Below are positions 1-8,314 of a DNA stretch of 51,624 bases, one piece after another. A program made the translations under genes and the position numbers. The notes below the pieces were generated by a model, which ran no database searches, was not told the origin of the DNA, and saw only the letters and a program-made list of their open reading frames with translations. Origin of the DNA: Klebsiella pneumoniae (lineage in GTDB: Bacteria > Pseudomonadota > Gammaproteobacteria > Ga0077536); assembly GCA_945861225.1 (NCBI GenBank), contig CAMATU010000003.1, positions 1-51,624 of the forward strand, read 5' to 3'. The stretch's first letter is position 1. Each line of letters opens with the position of its first letter.

Positions 1-1368
1 GCGGTCGCGATTGAAGCCGAGCAAGCGGAGCTGATTGACGAGAGTGCCGCACTGCTGGCGCATCATTACGAGGCAGCGGGTGAGATTATGGTGGGGGCAC
101 GTTGGCATCGGCGCGCCGCTGAGTGGGCGGGACTCAATGACATCAACGCCGCTCTATTTCACTGGCAGAAGGTGCGCGAACTCGCGCGCCTTGGGGGCGA
201 TGAGGCAGGTTCCGATCAACTCACGGCCGTCGCTTGTACACAGGCTTTTACCCTTGGGTGGCGACTGGGGGCGTCGGCCTCAGCTGGCACGGAACTTTTC
301 GAGGAGGGTTGCGCTGCCGCCGAGCGCGCCGGCGATTTAGAGACACTCGCGATGCTCAACGCGACTTACGGTACAGTCCGCAGCCAGAACCAGGATATTA
401 CCAGCGACCATCTTGGGTACACGGGCGAAGCAGTGAGGATCGCGGACCGCGCTGGTAACGATGCGCTGGGCTGCGCGACGCGTTCATATCTGATTTTCGA
501 TCACGTGGCCACGGGGCAACTGTGCGAAGCGGAGGAGATCGCGGACGAACTCATTGCGACGGCTAACGACGATTTCGAACTGGGCGCCCATCTGACGGGT
601 TTCAGTCCGTTGCGGGCCGCACACTTCTTCCGTCATCACTGCATTGCCTTTATGCGTGGTCCCGCGACGGCTCTGCGCGAATTTCCATTGCTGCGAAAAG
701 ACGCGTTAGACAGGTCCTGTCCAGAACAGGCGGTCTGGATATTGTGGTTCGAAGCTGAATTAAAAGGAGCCCTGGGCCGGACTGACGGCTTGCGCGCGTT
801 AGCGCAAGCAGCGCTTCAGCTGGCGGAGCCGCTCGCATTTGCAAGCCAGATTGTCGCCACACTCACGCAATGTGAAGCACTTGCCAGTGAGCACAAGTGG
901 CAAACCTTGCTGGACCTCGCTGACAACGCATTGCGACTGATCCACGCGCAGCGGGCCATGCAGCTCATTCAGCCGATTCCCCTTGCATACATCGGCGCCG
1001 CGCAGCTTGAGCTCGGTAACCTGGCCGCCGGCCGCGCGGCAGCAGAACAGGGCGTCGTTTTTATACGTTCATCCGAAAGCGCGTGGAGCCCACACTGCTA
1101 CGCGGTACTCACCCGTGCGCAGATTGCGCTTAACGAATCGGCAGTCGATATCACTGCCACGCTAAACGAATACTCGGCGCTGCTTGTGCGCACCGGATTT
1201 CATCTCTACGAAGGCGAGCTGCATGAACTGCGCGCGCGTCTGGCCGCACGTGAAGGCCACGAGACTGAGCGAATCGCTGCGTTGAAAAGTGCCCGCGATT
1301 GTTACAGCGAGTTCGGCATGACCGCACGGGCCGCACAGATCGCGCGCGCATTGGCGGATATTTCGTAG
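1..1368 (+). CDS. C-terminal TPR-like helical region of a large AAA-ATPase/adenylate-cyclase-type (STAND-like) protein, 5' end outside window
   Basis: Frame 1 is open from base 1 (AVAIEAEQAELIDESAALLAHHYEAAGE...). The LAHHYEAAG...W.RRAAE motif and Ala/Leu-rich helical repeats are typical of cyclase-AAA-TPR proteins. Confidence 0.65.
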   Translation, partial: AVAIEAEQAELIDESAALLAHHYEAAGEIMVGARWHRRAAEWAGLNDINAALFHWQKVRELARLGGDEAGSDQLTAVACTQAFTLGWRLGASASAGTELFEEGCAAAERAGDLETLAMLNATYGTVRSQNQDITSDHLGYTGEAVRIADRAGNDALGCATRSYLIFDHVATGQLCEAEEIADELIATANDDFELGAHLTGFSPLRAAHFFRHHCIAFMRGPATALREFPLLRKDALDRSCPEQAVWILWFEAELKGALGRTDGLRALAQAALQLAEPLAFASQIVATLTQCEALASEHKWQTLLDLADNALRLIHAQRAMQLIQPIPLAYIGAAQLELGNLAAGRAAAEQGVVFIRSSESAWSPHCYAVLTRAQIALNESAVDITATLNEYSALLVRTGFHLYEGELHELRARLAAREGHETERIAALKSARDCYSEFGMTARAAQIARALADIS

Positions 1369-1565
1369 GCTTAAGGTGAGGGACGAACCCCAGCGTTGCA
1401 TTGCACTATTGGCCATGCTGCGGTTGTTGGGGTACGCGGTGCTCACACAAATTGCTTTCAAGATTTGGAGGATACAAAAAAGGGTCAAAACCGAATCGCA
1501 CTTAACTTAAAGGAAAAAGCATTGGTTTGAGCGTCGCCAAGAAGACACGCCAGGCAGGCATTTCG

Positions 1566-1627
1566 GTAGGAGCGGCTTTAGCCGCGAACAGCGCGGAATC
1601 ACCCATCGCGGCTAAAGCCGCTCCTAC
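1566..1627. repeat. GTAG-family REP doublet (inverted pair)
   Basis: GTAGGAGCGGCTTTAGCCGCGA (1566) and its exact reverse complement TCGCGGCTAAAGCCGCTCCTAC (ending 1627). Each unit has an internal GCGGCT/AGCCGC hairpin. Confidence 0.85.
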
Positions 1628-1807
1628 AGTCATAAGATCGAAGCGCATGTGCCTTAAGTAAGTGCCATTCGGGCCCGAACCCGCGAGTTGAGTGACTGCC
1701 CTTACACCTCTCGCTGGCGGCGTTCGAAGTCGCCCACTGCCAGGCTCGATTTCGCCGCGAAGGGTGGTTATCCTCCCCTCCAGCCCTCTGAATCAAAGGA
1801 GTCTCTT

Positions 1808-2452
1808 ATGTTGACCGTGCACCATCTCAATAACTCCCGCTCACAACGCATCGTGTGGTTGTGCGAGGAGTTAGGCATCGAGTACCAGCTCGTCAAACAT
1901 CAACGCGATGCTGAAACTTTGCGTGCGCCTGCGGCGCTTTCTAAAGTCCATCCGCTCGGCAAGGCGCCGACCATCGAGCATAACGGCCAGGTCATGATCG
2001 AAAGTGACGCGATCATCGAATACATCTGCCAGGTGTGCGCGGGTGGTCGCTTAAGCCATGGCCCGAGTTCGCCGGACTATGGTCAGTACCTGCAGTGGCT
2101 GGCCTACGCCGAAGGCACCTTGTTCCCCGGGCTCGGGGTTGACTTGGTTTACCACTGGACGGGTGGCGGCAACGAAACCTTTATGGGGTTTTTCGAGGCC
2201 GAAATCGTCAAGAATCATCAGTACGTTGAGGACTCTCTCAAAGGGCGTGATTACCTGCTGAAATCCGGCTTCTCGGCAGCGGATATCAATCTCGGCTGGG
2301 CGCTGGAGTTCAGCGAATGCCGTGGGCGCGTGAAAGCCCTGCCCAATGTGCAAGCCTATCTCACGCGACTGCGTGCACGTGACGGCTATAAACGCGGCAT
2401 TGCGCGCGGCGGTCCGCAGGATCTGTCGGTGTTTTCGGCGGGGGTTTCCTGA
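1808..2452 (+). CDS. Glutathione S-transferase family protein
   Basis: MLTVHHLNNSRSQRIVWLCEELG, HPLGKAP, ESDAIIEY and FSAADI motifs. AAGGAG RBS precedes ATG 1808. Confidence 0.92.
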   Translation: MLTVHHLNNSRSQRIVWLCEELGIEYQLVKHQRDAETLRAPAALSKVHPLGKAPTIEHNGQVMIESDAIIEYICQVCAGGRLSHGPSSPDYGQYLQWLAYAEGTLFPGLGVDLVYHWTGGGNETFMGFFEAEIVKNHQYVEDSLKGRDYLLKSGFSAADINLGWALEFSECRGRVKALPNVQAYLTRLRARDGYKRGIARGGPQDLSVFSAGVS

Positions 2453-2478
2453 TCGTCGCACCAGCCACTCATAGACCC

Positions 2479-2553
2479 ATAGGGCGGATGAGCGGCGTCA
2501 GCCGCGTTATCCGCCGGCAATCGTCGGCTTGGGCTGACGCTTATCCGATCTAT
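2479..2553. repeat. Degenerate REP-like palindrome pair
   Basis: ATAGGGCGGATGAGCGGC-GTCA-GCCGCGTTATCCGCC hairpin, followed by a decayed inverted partner ending TTATCCGATCTAT. Confidence 0.55.
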
Positions 2554-2571
2554 GAAACTATGAAACCGTAA

Positions 2572-3609
2572 ATGTCACATCCTAAACGGCTTGGACTGAT
2601 GCTCTGGCCGGCGCCGAATCTCGACGCCGGCTTGGCACGTGGCGTATGGGCCGAGCAGGCGGGATTTGATGATCTCTGGCTGCCAGATGCCGAGGGCATG
2701 CAGGATCCGATCGCGCTCGCCGCTGCACTCGCGGTGTCTACCTCGCGCATTCGTCTGTGCACGGGGGTGGTGCCGGTGTTCAATCGCCCGCCGGCCGTGC
2801 TCGCGACTGGTGTGAGTGTGATCACGCAGTGCGCACCGGGACGCTTTGTGCTCGGGCTCGGATCCTCCACCAGCAACATGATCGATCGCTGGTACGGCTT
2901 GCCGTTCGCGAAACCGCTGACCCATGTCCGTGAATATGTGTTGCTGCTGCGGCAGATTTTTGCGGGTGAGAAAACCCACTTCACAGGACAGACCTTGCGT
3001 AGCCAGGGTTTTCGCCTGCAGGAATTGCCCACTTCGCCGTTGCCGATCTATCTCGGTGCGATGGGACCCAAAATGTTGCAGCTCGCCGGCGAAGTGGCGG
3101 ATGGGGTGGTGCTCAATGACTTCACGCCCTTTGATCGCCTCGACTGGGCGATGGCGCAAATCGATCTAGGTGCCAGGCGTGGCGGTCGGCGCGCCGAGGA
3201 TCTGGAGATTGTGAAACGCCGTGCGATAGTGGTCACTGCAGATAATGATCCAACGACCGAGGCACACGAATTCTTCCGTCGGCATCTGGCCTTTTATGCC
3301 TCGGCGCCCGTCTACCAGGAAATGCTGTTGCGCCTGGGCTATCCCGAAGTTGTTGCCGAGGTGCGCGAGGGTTATGCGGCGCGCGATCGTGCCCGGGTGA
3401 CGACCGCTATCAGCGATGCGCTGGTTTCTCGCATATTTTTATTTGGCACGGCGGCGCAGTGCCAGGCGCAAGTGCGGGCGGACTATGCGGCTGGGATTGA
3501 TACCGTGGTGGTGAGTCCACAAGCGCACGAGGCCGGAGAATTTGCGCGGATGGCGTCAGTGTTCACGGCGACGGCATTTAGCCGATCAGCTGACTTGCAA
3601 GCGCCGTAA
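2572..3609 (+). CDS. LLM-class (luciferase-like) flavin/F420-dependent oxidoreductase
   Basis: AEQAGFDDLWLPD, TSRIRLCTGVVP, GRFVLGLG and PIYLGAMGPKMLQLAGEVADG motifs. Confidence 0.9.
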   Translation: MSHPKRLGLMLWPAPNLDAGLARGVWAEQAGFDDLWLPDAEGMQDPIALAAALAVSTSRIRLCTGVVPVFNRPPAVLATGVSVITQCAPGRFVLGLGSSTSNMIDRWYGLPFAKPLTHVREYVLLLRQIFAGEKTHFTGQTLRSQGFRLQELPTSPLPIYLGAMGPKMLQLAGEVADGVVLNDFTPFDRLDWAMAQIDLGARRGGRRAEDLEIVKRRAIVVTADNDPTTEAHEFFRRHLAFYASAPVYQEMLLRLGYPEVVAEVREGYAARDRARVTTAISDALVSRIFLFGTAAQCQAQVRADYAAGIDTVVVSPQAHEAGEFARMASVFTATAFSRSADLQAP

Positions 3610-4611
3610 TCGTTCAAGGACAGCGATCGCTTCACTAACCATGCCCGGCACGAATTCGGCGACGTGAATCAGATCGTTAATCGCCCCTGCAATCTGGCCA
3701 CACGGCAGGATCCCGCCCTCGACATCGCCATCGCGCTGCGCGGCAATCAGTCGTTCATCCTTGAATCGCGTGATCTCCTCTTCACTGAGCCCGCCCTTCG
3801 CCTCGAGTTCCGCCAATTCGTTAATGCCACCACTCGCAAGCGCGCGCGATGGTCCGTACAAGGCTTGGAAGAGAATGTCATCGCCTTCGCGCGCGGCAAG
3901 GATTCTTTGTGCGAACGCCGGGTGCCAATCCGGATTATCGTGACTCGCGACGAAGCGCGTGCCGAGCGCCACGGCCTCCGCGCCTAGCGCAAGCGCGGCT
4001 GCGAGTCCGCGCCCATCGCGAATGCCGCCGGCAAGGATGACCGGACAGTCCACCGCTTCAGTTACACTCGGGCCCAGCACGAAGGTGTGCACGGGGCGCG
4101 CATGCGTGTGACCGCCAGCCTCGTACCCCGATGCAATAACCATATTCACGCCTTCTTGCGCTGCGCGAATTGCCTGGCGCGTACCGCCTACTTTGTGGAC
4201 ATGAATTAAACCCGAGCCTTCGATCAGTCGGCGCGCCGCCGCGGGTGGCCCCGCTGAGGTCGTAATCACGCGCAAACGCTTGGCGATCTCGCGGTCTTTC
4301 ACTGCCGCTGTCACCGCGCGCACATAGGCCGCACTGAAGGGCAGCACATGGCCGTGTTTGTCGGCACCAACCGGAATGTTGACTGCAAACGGACGGTCGG
4401 TCAGTGCACACGCCTGCTCGATATAGCCGCGCAATTTCGCGGCGCCTACAGTGGGGTCTTCACTGATGCCAGGAATACTGACGGTGCCCAGGCCACCCGC
4501 ATTCGACACTGCCGCAGCGAGCTGCACGGTCTTGTAGGGCCCCAGACCTTCCTGCATCACGGGATGGACCACGCCGATCATCTCAGTGAAGCGGGTTCTG
4601 AGCGTTTTCAT
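3586..4611 (-). CDS. Nitronate monooxygenase / 2-nitropropane dioxygenase family FMN enzyme
   Basis: LAAAVSNAGGLG, GYEAGGH and PVILAGGIRDGRGLAAALALGAEAVALGTRF motifs. Likely start MKTLRTRF at 4611. Confidence 0.9.
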   Translation of the reverse strand: MKTLRTRFTEMIGVVHPVMQEGLGPYKTVQLAAAVSNAGGLGTVSIPGISEDPTVGAAKLRGYIEQACALTDRPFAVNIPVGADKHGHVLPFSAAYVRAVTAAVKDREIAKRLRVITTSAGPPAAARRLIEGSGLIHVHKVGGTRQAIRAAQEGVNMVIASGYEAGGHTHARPVHTFVLGPSVTEAVDCPVILAGGIRDGRGLAAALALGAEAVALGTRFVASHDNPDWHPAFAQRILAAREGDDILFQALYGPSRALASGGINELAELEAKGGLSEEEITRFKDERLIAAQRDGDVEGGILPCGQIAGAINDLIHVAEFVPGMVSEAIAVLERLRRLQVS

Positions 4612-4621
4612 ACGCCGCGTC

Positions 4622-5479
4622 TCACTCACGTTCGGCGGCCTCGGCGCGCCCTTCCTCCCGGATAATCGCCTCCTGACGCGCATCTTCGATGGATTCCATT
4701 ACCGCCTCCACATCCACTGTGCTGGTATCGAACTCAAACGCGCCAGTCAGCACGGTGCCTGGCTGCAATTCACCGCGTTCATATAACGCCCACATCTCTT
4801 CTCCGTAATGGGTGTCCTTGAGTTCGGGTGCGAAACGGCCAAGGCTGTCGCGCAGGTTGTGCACATCGCGGAGCAACATGGCGCGCGCGGCGTTATTGCC
4901 GGCGGCGCTCACTACCTGAGGAAAATCGATCAGCACCGGGCCGCTAGGTGCCACCAGTACGTTGTACTCGGAGAGATCGCCATGGATCATGCCCAGGCAC
5001 AGCATGCGCACCACGTCCGCGATCAACCGGCGATGGAAGGAACGCGCCTCGTCTGGCGCGAGTTCCACCTCACCCAGCCGCGGTGCACCGTGACCCTCGG
5101 CATCGGTGACCAGTTCCATCAGTAGCACGCCGTTAAAGTACCCGTGTGGCTGGGGCACGCAAACACCGGCCGCCGCCAGCTTATAGAGTGCGTCCACTTC
5201 GGTGTTCTTCCACACGGTTTCTTGTTCGCGGCGGCCGAATTTCGAGGCCTTGTTCATGCCGCGCGCCTGCCGGCTGCCACGGACCTTACGGCCCTCCTGG
5301 TATTGCACGCGGGCCTGGAAGCTGCGGGTTGCGAGATCCTTATAGACCTTGGCGCAGCGGAGATCGGTGCCAGAACGCACCACATAAACCGCAGCCTCCT
5401 TGCCGCTCTTGAGTGGCCACATGACTTCGTCGATCACGCCGTCATCGATCAGTGGCTGCAGATCCTTAGGGGTTTTCAT
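4622..5479 (-). CDS. RIO1-family Ser/Thr protein kinase (PA4780-like)
   Basis: LKSGKEAAVY P-loop, CAKVYK, IHGDLSEYNVL catalytic loop and IDFPQ. Confidence 0.92.
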   Translation of the reverse strand: MKTPKDLQPLIDDGVIDEVMWPLKSGKEAAVYVVRSGTDLRCAKVYKDLATRSFQARVQYQEGRKVRGSRQARGMNKASKFGRREQETVWKNTEVDALYKLAAAGVCVPQPHGYFNGVLLMELVTDAEGHGAPRLGEVELAPDEARSFHRRLIADVVRMLCLGMIHGDLSEYNVLVAPSGPVLIDFPQVVSAAGNNAARAMLLRDVHNLRDSLGRFAPELKDTHYGEEMWALYERGELQPGTVLTGAFEFDTSTVDVEAVMESIEDARQEAIIREEGRAEAAERE

Positions 5480-5702
5480 CGCTTATTTCGGGCATCAATT
5501 TGAATTGACCCCCATTATCGCTGATAGGGCCCCGGTCAGGGTCTGTAGGAAGTAATAACCGCGAGATTAATCTGCAGCGATAAACGGTCGTACTGGTACA
5601 GTCAATTGCGTACGATGACACGCTGGCCCGCGAGCGTGCGGGCGAATCAGCAAATTGCGCTCGTTCGAGCAATGACGGCAAGCCAACAAAGAGAGGACTC
5701 CT

Positions 5703-7328
5703 ATGGCAACGGTTATGCGAGAAGCGGTGGACGCCGAGGCGGCGCCGGTTGAAGAGTTAGACGCGCTGATCATCGGCGGCGGGGTGACTGGACTATACCA
5801 GCTGTATTGCCTGCGGAAACAGGGGCTCAACGCCAAGATCTACGAGGCTGGTGGGGGCGTGGGCGGGACTTGGTACTGGAATCGCTATCCGGGCGCGCGT
5901 TTCGATTCCGAGAGCTACAGTTATGCCTACAGCTTCTCGCCGGAATTGCTCCAGGAATGGGATTGGACCGAACATTTTTCGGGTCAACCCGAGAACGAGC
6001 GCTATCTGAATTTCGTCGCGGACAAGTTTAAGCTCAAGCCGCACATTCACTTCAACGCCCGCATTAAATCGGCGATTTACGACGAAGCGGGCCATTGCTG
6101 GAACATTGAAACCGAAACCGGCCAACGCGCGCGCACCCAATTCCTGATTTCGGCCGTCGGCATACTTTCAGCGACGCATATGCCCAATATCGCCGGCATT
6201 GACACTTTCAAAGGACAATCCTTCCATACCTCGCGCTGGCCGCACGAGAAAGTGGATTTCGCCGGCAAGCGGGTCGGGATCATCGGTACCGGTGCGACCG
6301 CCGTGCAGCTGATCCCCGAGATCGCGAAGAATGTTGGCCATCTGACCGTCTTTCAGCGCAGCCCAAATTACTGTTGCCCGTTGCGGAACTCGGTGATCGA
6401 TCCGATCACGCAACAGAAAATCAAAGCCGACTACGCGCAGATTTTCGCGCGCTGCCACAGTACGTTCGCGGCTTTCATGCAGGAATTCGATCCGCGCCGC
6501 ACGTTCGATCTGTCGCCTGAGGATCGTCTGGCCTTCTACGAGGAAATCTGGGCCCAGCCCGGTTTTACGAAATGGTTTGGGTGTTTCCACGACATCATGA
6601 CCGATCCAGCCGCTAACGAGGACTATGCCGAGTTCGTGCGCAACAAGATTCGCGCGCGGATCAAAGATCCGGTACTCGCCGAGAAACTGGTGCCGAAAGA
6701 TCACCCGTTCGGTGCCAAACGCATTCCGCTCGAAACCGGCTACTACGATGTCTACAACCAGGACAATGTGTCGCTGATTGACGTACGCGAGAGTCCAATC
6801 GAACGCATCACCCCCACCGGCGTGAAAACCGGCAACGCCGAGTACGAATTCGATATTCTGATCTACGCAACGGGCTTTGATGCCATCACCGGGGAATTAA
6901 CCCGCATGGATATCCGTGGCGAAGGCGGCCAAACGCTGAATGAGAAATGGAGCGATGGTCCGCGCACGTATCTGACCTTCCAGACCGCAGGCTTTCCTAA
7001 TTTCTTCATCATCAATGGCGCGGTGTTCTGCAATTTCACGCGCTGCGCAGAAGTCGTCGCCGAATGGGTGAGTGGGTGTATCGGCTATATGCGCGACAAG
7101 AATTTCAAACGCATCGCCGCCAACGTGCAGGCAGAAGACGCCTGGACTGAGCACGCTGACTCACTCACCGAAGGCATGCTCTTCACGAAAACCAACTCCT
7201 GGTTCATGGGCACCAATGTGCCCGGCAAGAAGCGCACCTTTTTGTTTTACGCCGGCGGCGCGCCGGCGTTTCGTGATAAGTGTGCCGAGGTAGCCGCCAA
7301 GGGTTACGAGGGGTTTGAGTTTTCTTAG
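5703..7328 (+). CDS. Type I Baeyer-Villiger monooxygenase (cyclohexanone monooxygenase family)
   Basis: GGGVTG and GTGATA Rossmann motifs, GGTWYWNRYPGARFDSES, FKGQSFHTSRWP fingerprint (FxGxxxHxxxWP), ATGFD. GAGG RBS. Confidence 0.95.
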   Translation: MATVMREAVDAEAAPVEELDALIIGGGVTGLYQLYCLRKQGLNAKIYEAGGGVGGTWYWNRYPGARFDSESYSYAYSFSPELLQEWDWTEHFSGQPENERYLNFVADKFKLKPHIHFNARIKSAIYDEAGHCWNIETETGQRARTQFLISAVGILSATHMPNIAGIDTFKGQSFHTSRWPHEKVDFAGKRVGIIGTGATAVQLIPEIAKNVGHLTVFQRSPNYCCPLRNSVIDPITQQKIKADYAQIFARCHSTFAAFMQEFDPRRTFDLSPEDRLAFYEEIWAQPGFTKWFGCFHDIMTDPAANEDYAEFVRNKIRARIKDPVLAEKLVPKDHPFGAKRIPLETGYYDVYNQDNVSLIDVRESPIERITPTGVKTGNAEYEFDILIYATGFDAITGELTRMDIRGEGGQTLNEKWSDGPRTYLTFQTAGFPNFFIINGAVFCNFTRCAEVVAEWVSGCIGYMRDKNFKRIAANVQAEDAWTEHADSLTEGMLFTKTNSWFMGTNVPGKKRTFLFYAGGAPAFRDKCAEVAAKGYEGFEFS

Positions 7329-7350
7329 GCTTCTTTGCAACTCTCCAACG

Positions 7351-7380
7351 TTAATCGCAGTGGCAATCCGCTGCGATTAA
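7351..7380. terminator. Hairpin between convergent BVMO and SDR genes, possible bidirectional terminator
   Basis: TTAATCGCAGTGG-CAAT-CCGCTGCGATTAA stem-loop. No long U tract. Confidence 0.45.
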
Positions 7381-7451
7381 TTGATTACCCGAGGTTGTCA
7401 TGCAATCTGGAGCGCGTGATTTTCCGCGTCGAGGCGCTTCATGAAAGCAGC

Positions 7452-8216
7452 TCAAGTGCGGTTGATGGAAATTCCACCATCAACCAACAGCGCTGATCCG
7501 GTCGTAAAACTCGAAGCGTCGGAAGCCAGATAAAGCACCGATTTCGCCATTTCTTCAGGTGTTGCGAGCCGCCGTCCCGGATAGAGGCCGACGATAAAGG
7601 CTTGCGCTTCTGGCGAGCTGTTCATCTGACGATACATCGCGGTATCCGTGCCACCAGGCAGCAGCGAGTTCACGCGCACATTCTGCTGCGCGAATTCCAC
7701 CGCGAGCGCTTGGGTTAAGCCGATCAGCCCGGACTTGCTCGCGGCATAGGTCGCGACCCCTGGAAAGCCCACGGTGTAGCCCACGAAGGTCGAGGTAAAG
7801 ATCAGCGAGCCACCGCCGCGCGCGATCATCAAAGGAATCTGATATTTCGCGGCGAGAAAGGCGCTGGTTAAGTTGATGTCGAGGGTACGATGCCAATCGG
7901 TCAGCGCAATCTCGGTGGTCGGTCCCATCGGCGCAATTACCCCGGCGTTATTGAAAGCCACGTCCAGCCCGCCGAATTTTTCGACGGCGAGGTTCGCGAG
8001 CGCTTTGGCATAGGCTTCGTCCGCCACATCGCCGGCGAGTGCGATTGCCTCACCGCCCGCGGCGGTAATTTCGGACACCAGCGCCTGTAACTCCGCTTGG
8101 CGACGCGCGCCGACTACCACTTTGGCGCCTTCCTGGGCGAATAATTTCGCCGTGGCGTAGCCGATGCCGGAGCTTGCGCCGGCGATAATCGCGACCTTAT
8201 TCTTGAGTGCAGTCAT
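7452..8216 (-). CDS. Short-chain dehydrogenase/reductase
   Basis: AGASSGIG, NNAG, YAASK catalytic motif, PGGTDT and C-terminal VDGG. Confidence 0.95.
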   Translation of the reverse strand: MTALKNKVAIIAGASSGIGYATAKLFAQEGAKVVVGARRQAELQALVSEITAAGGEAIALAGDVADEAYAKALANLAVEKFGGLDVAFNNAGVIAPMGPTTEIALTDWHRTLDINLTSAFLAAKYQIPLMIARGGGSLIFTSTFVGYTVGFPGVATYAASKSGLIGLTQALAVEFAQQNVRVNSLLPGGTDTAMYRQMNSSPEAQAFIVGLYPGRRLATPEEMAKSVLYLASDASSFTTGSALLVDGGISINRT

Positions 8217-8314
8217 GGGTGTTCCTTAGTTCGCTTAGAAGACAAGTAGACTGCACGCACTGGCATCAGAGTTACACCCCGTATCTTGCTGTTCAATCGC
8301 TGGGAAGGCATCTA

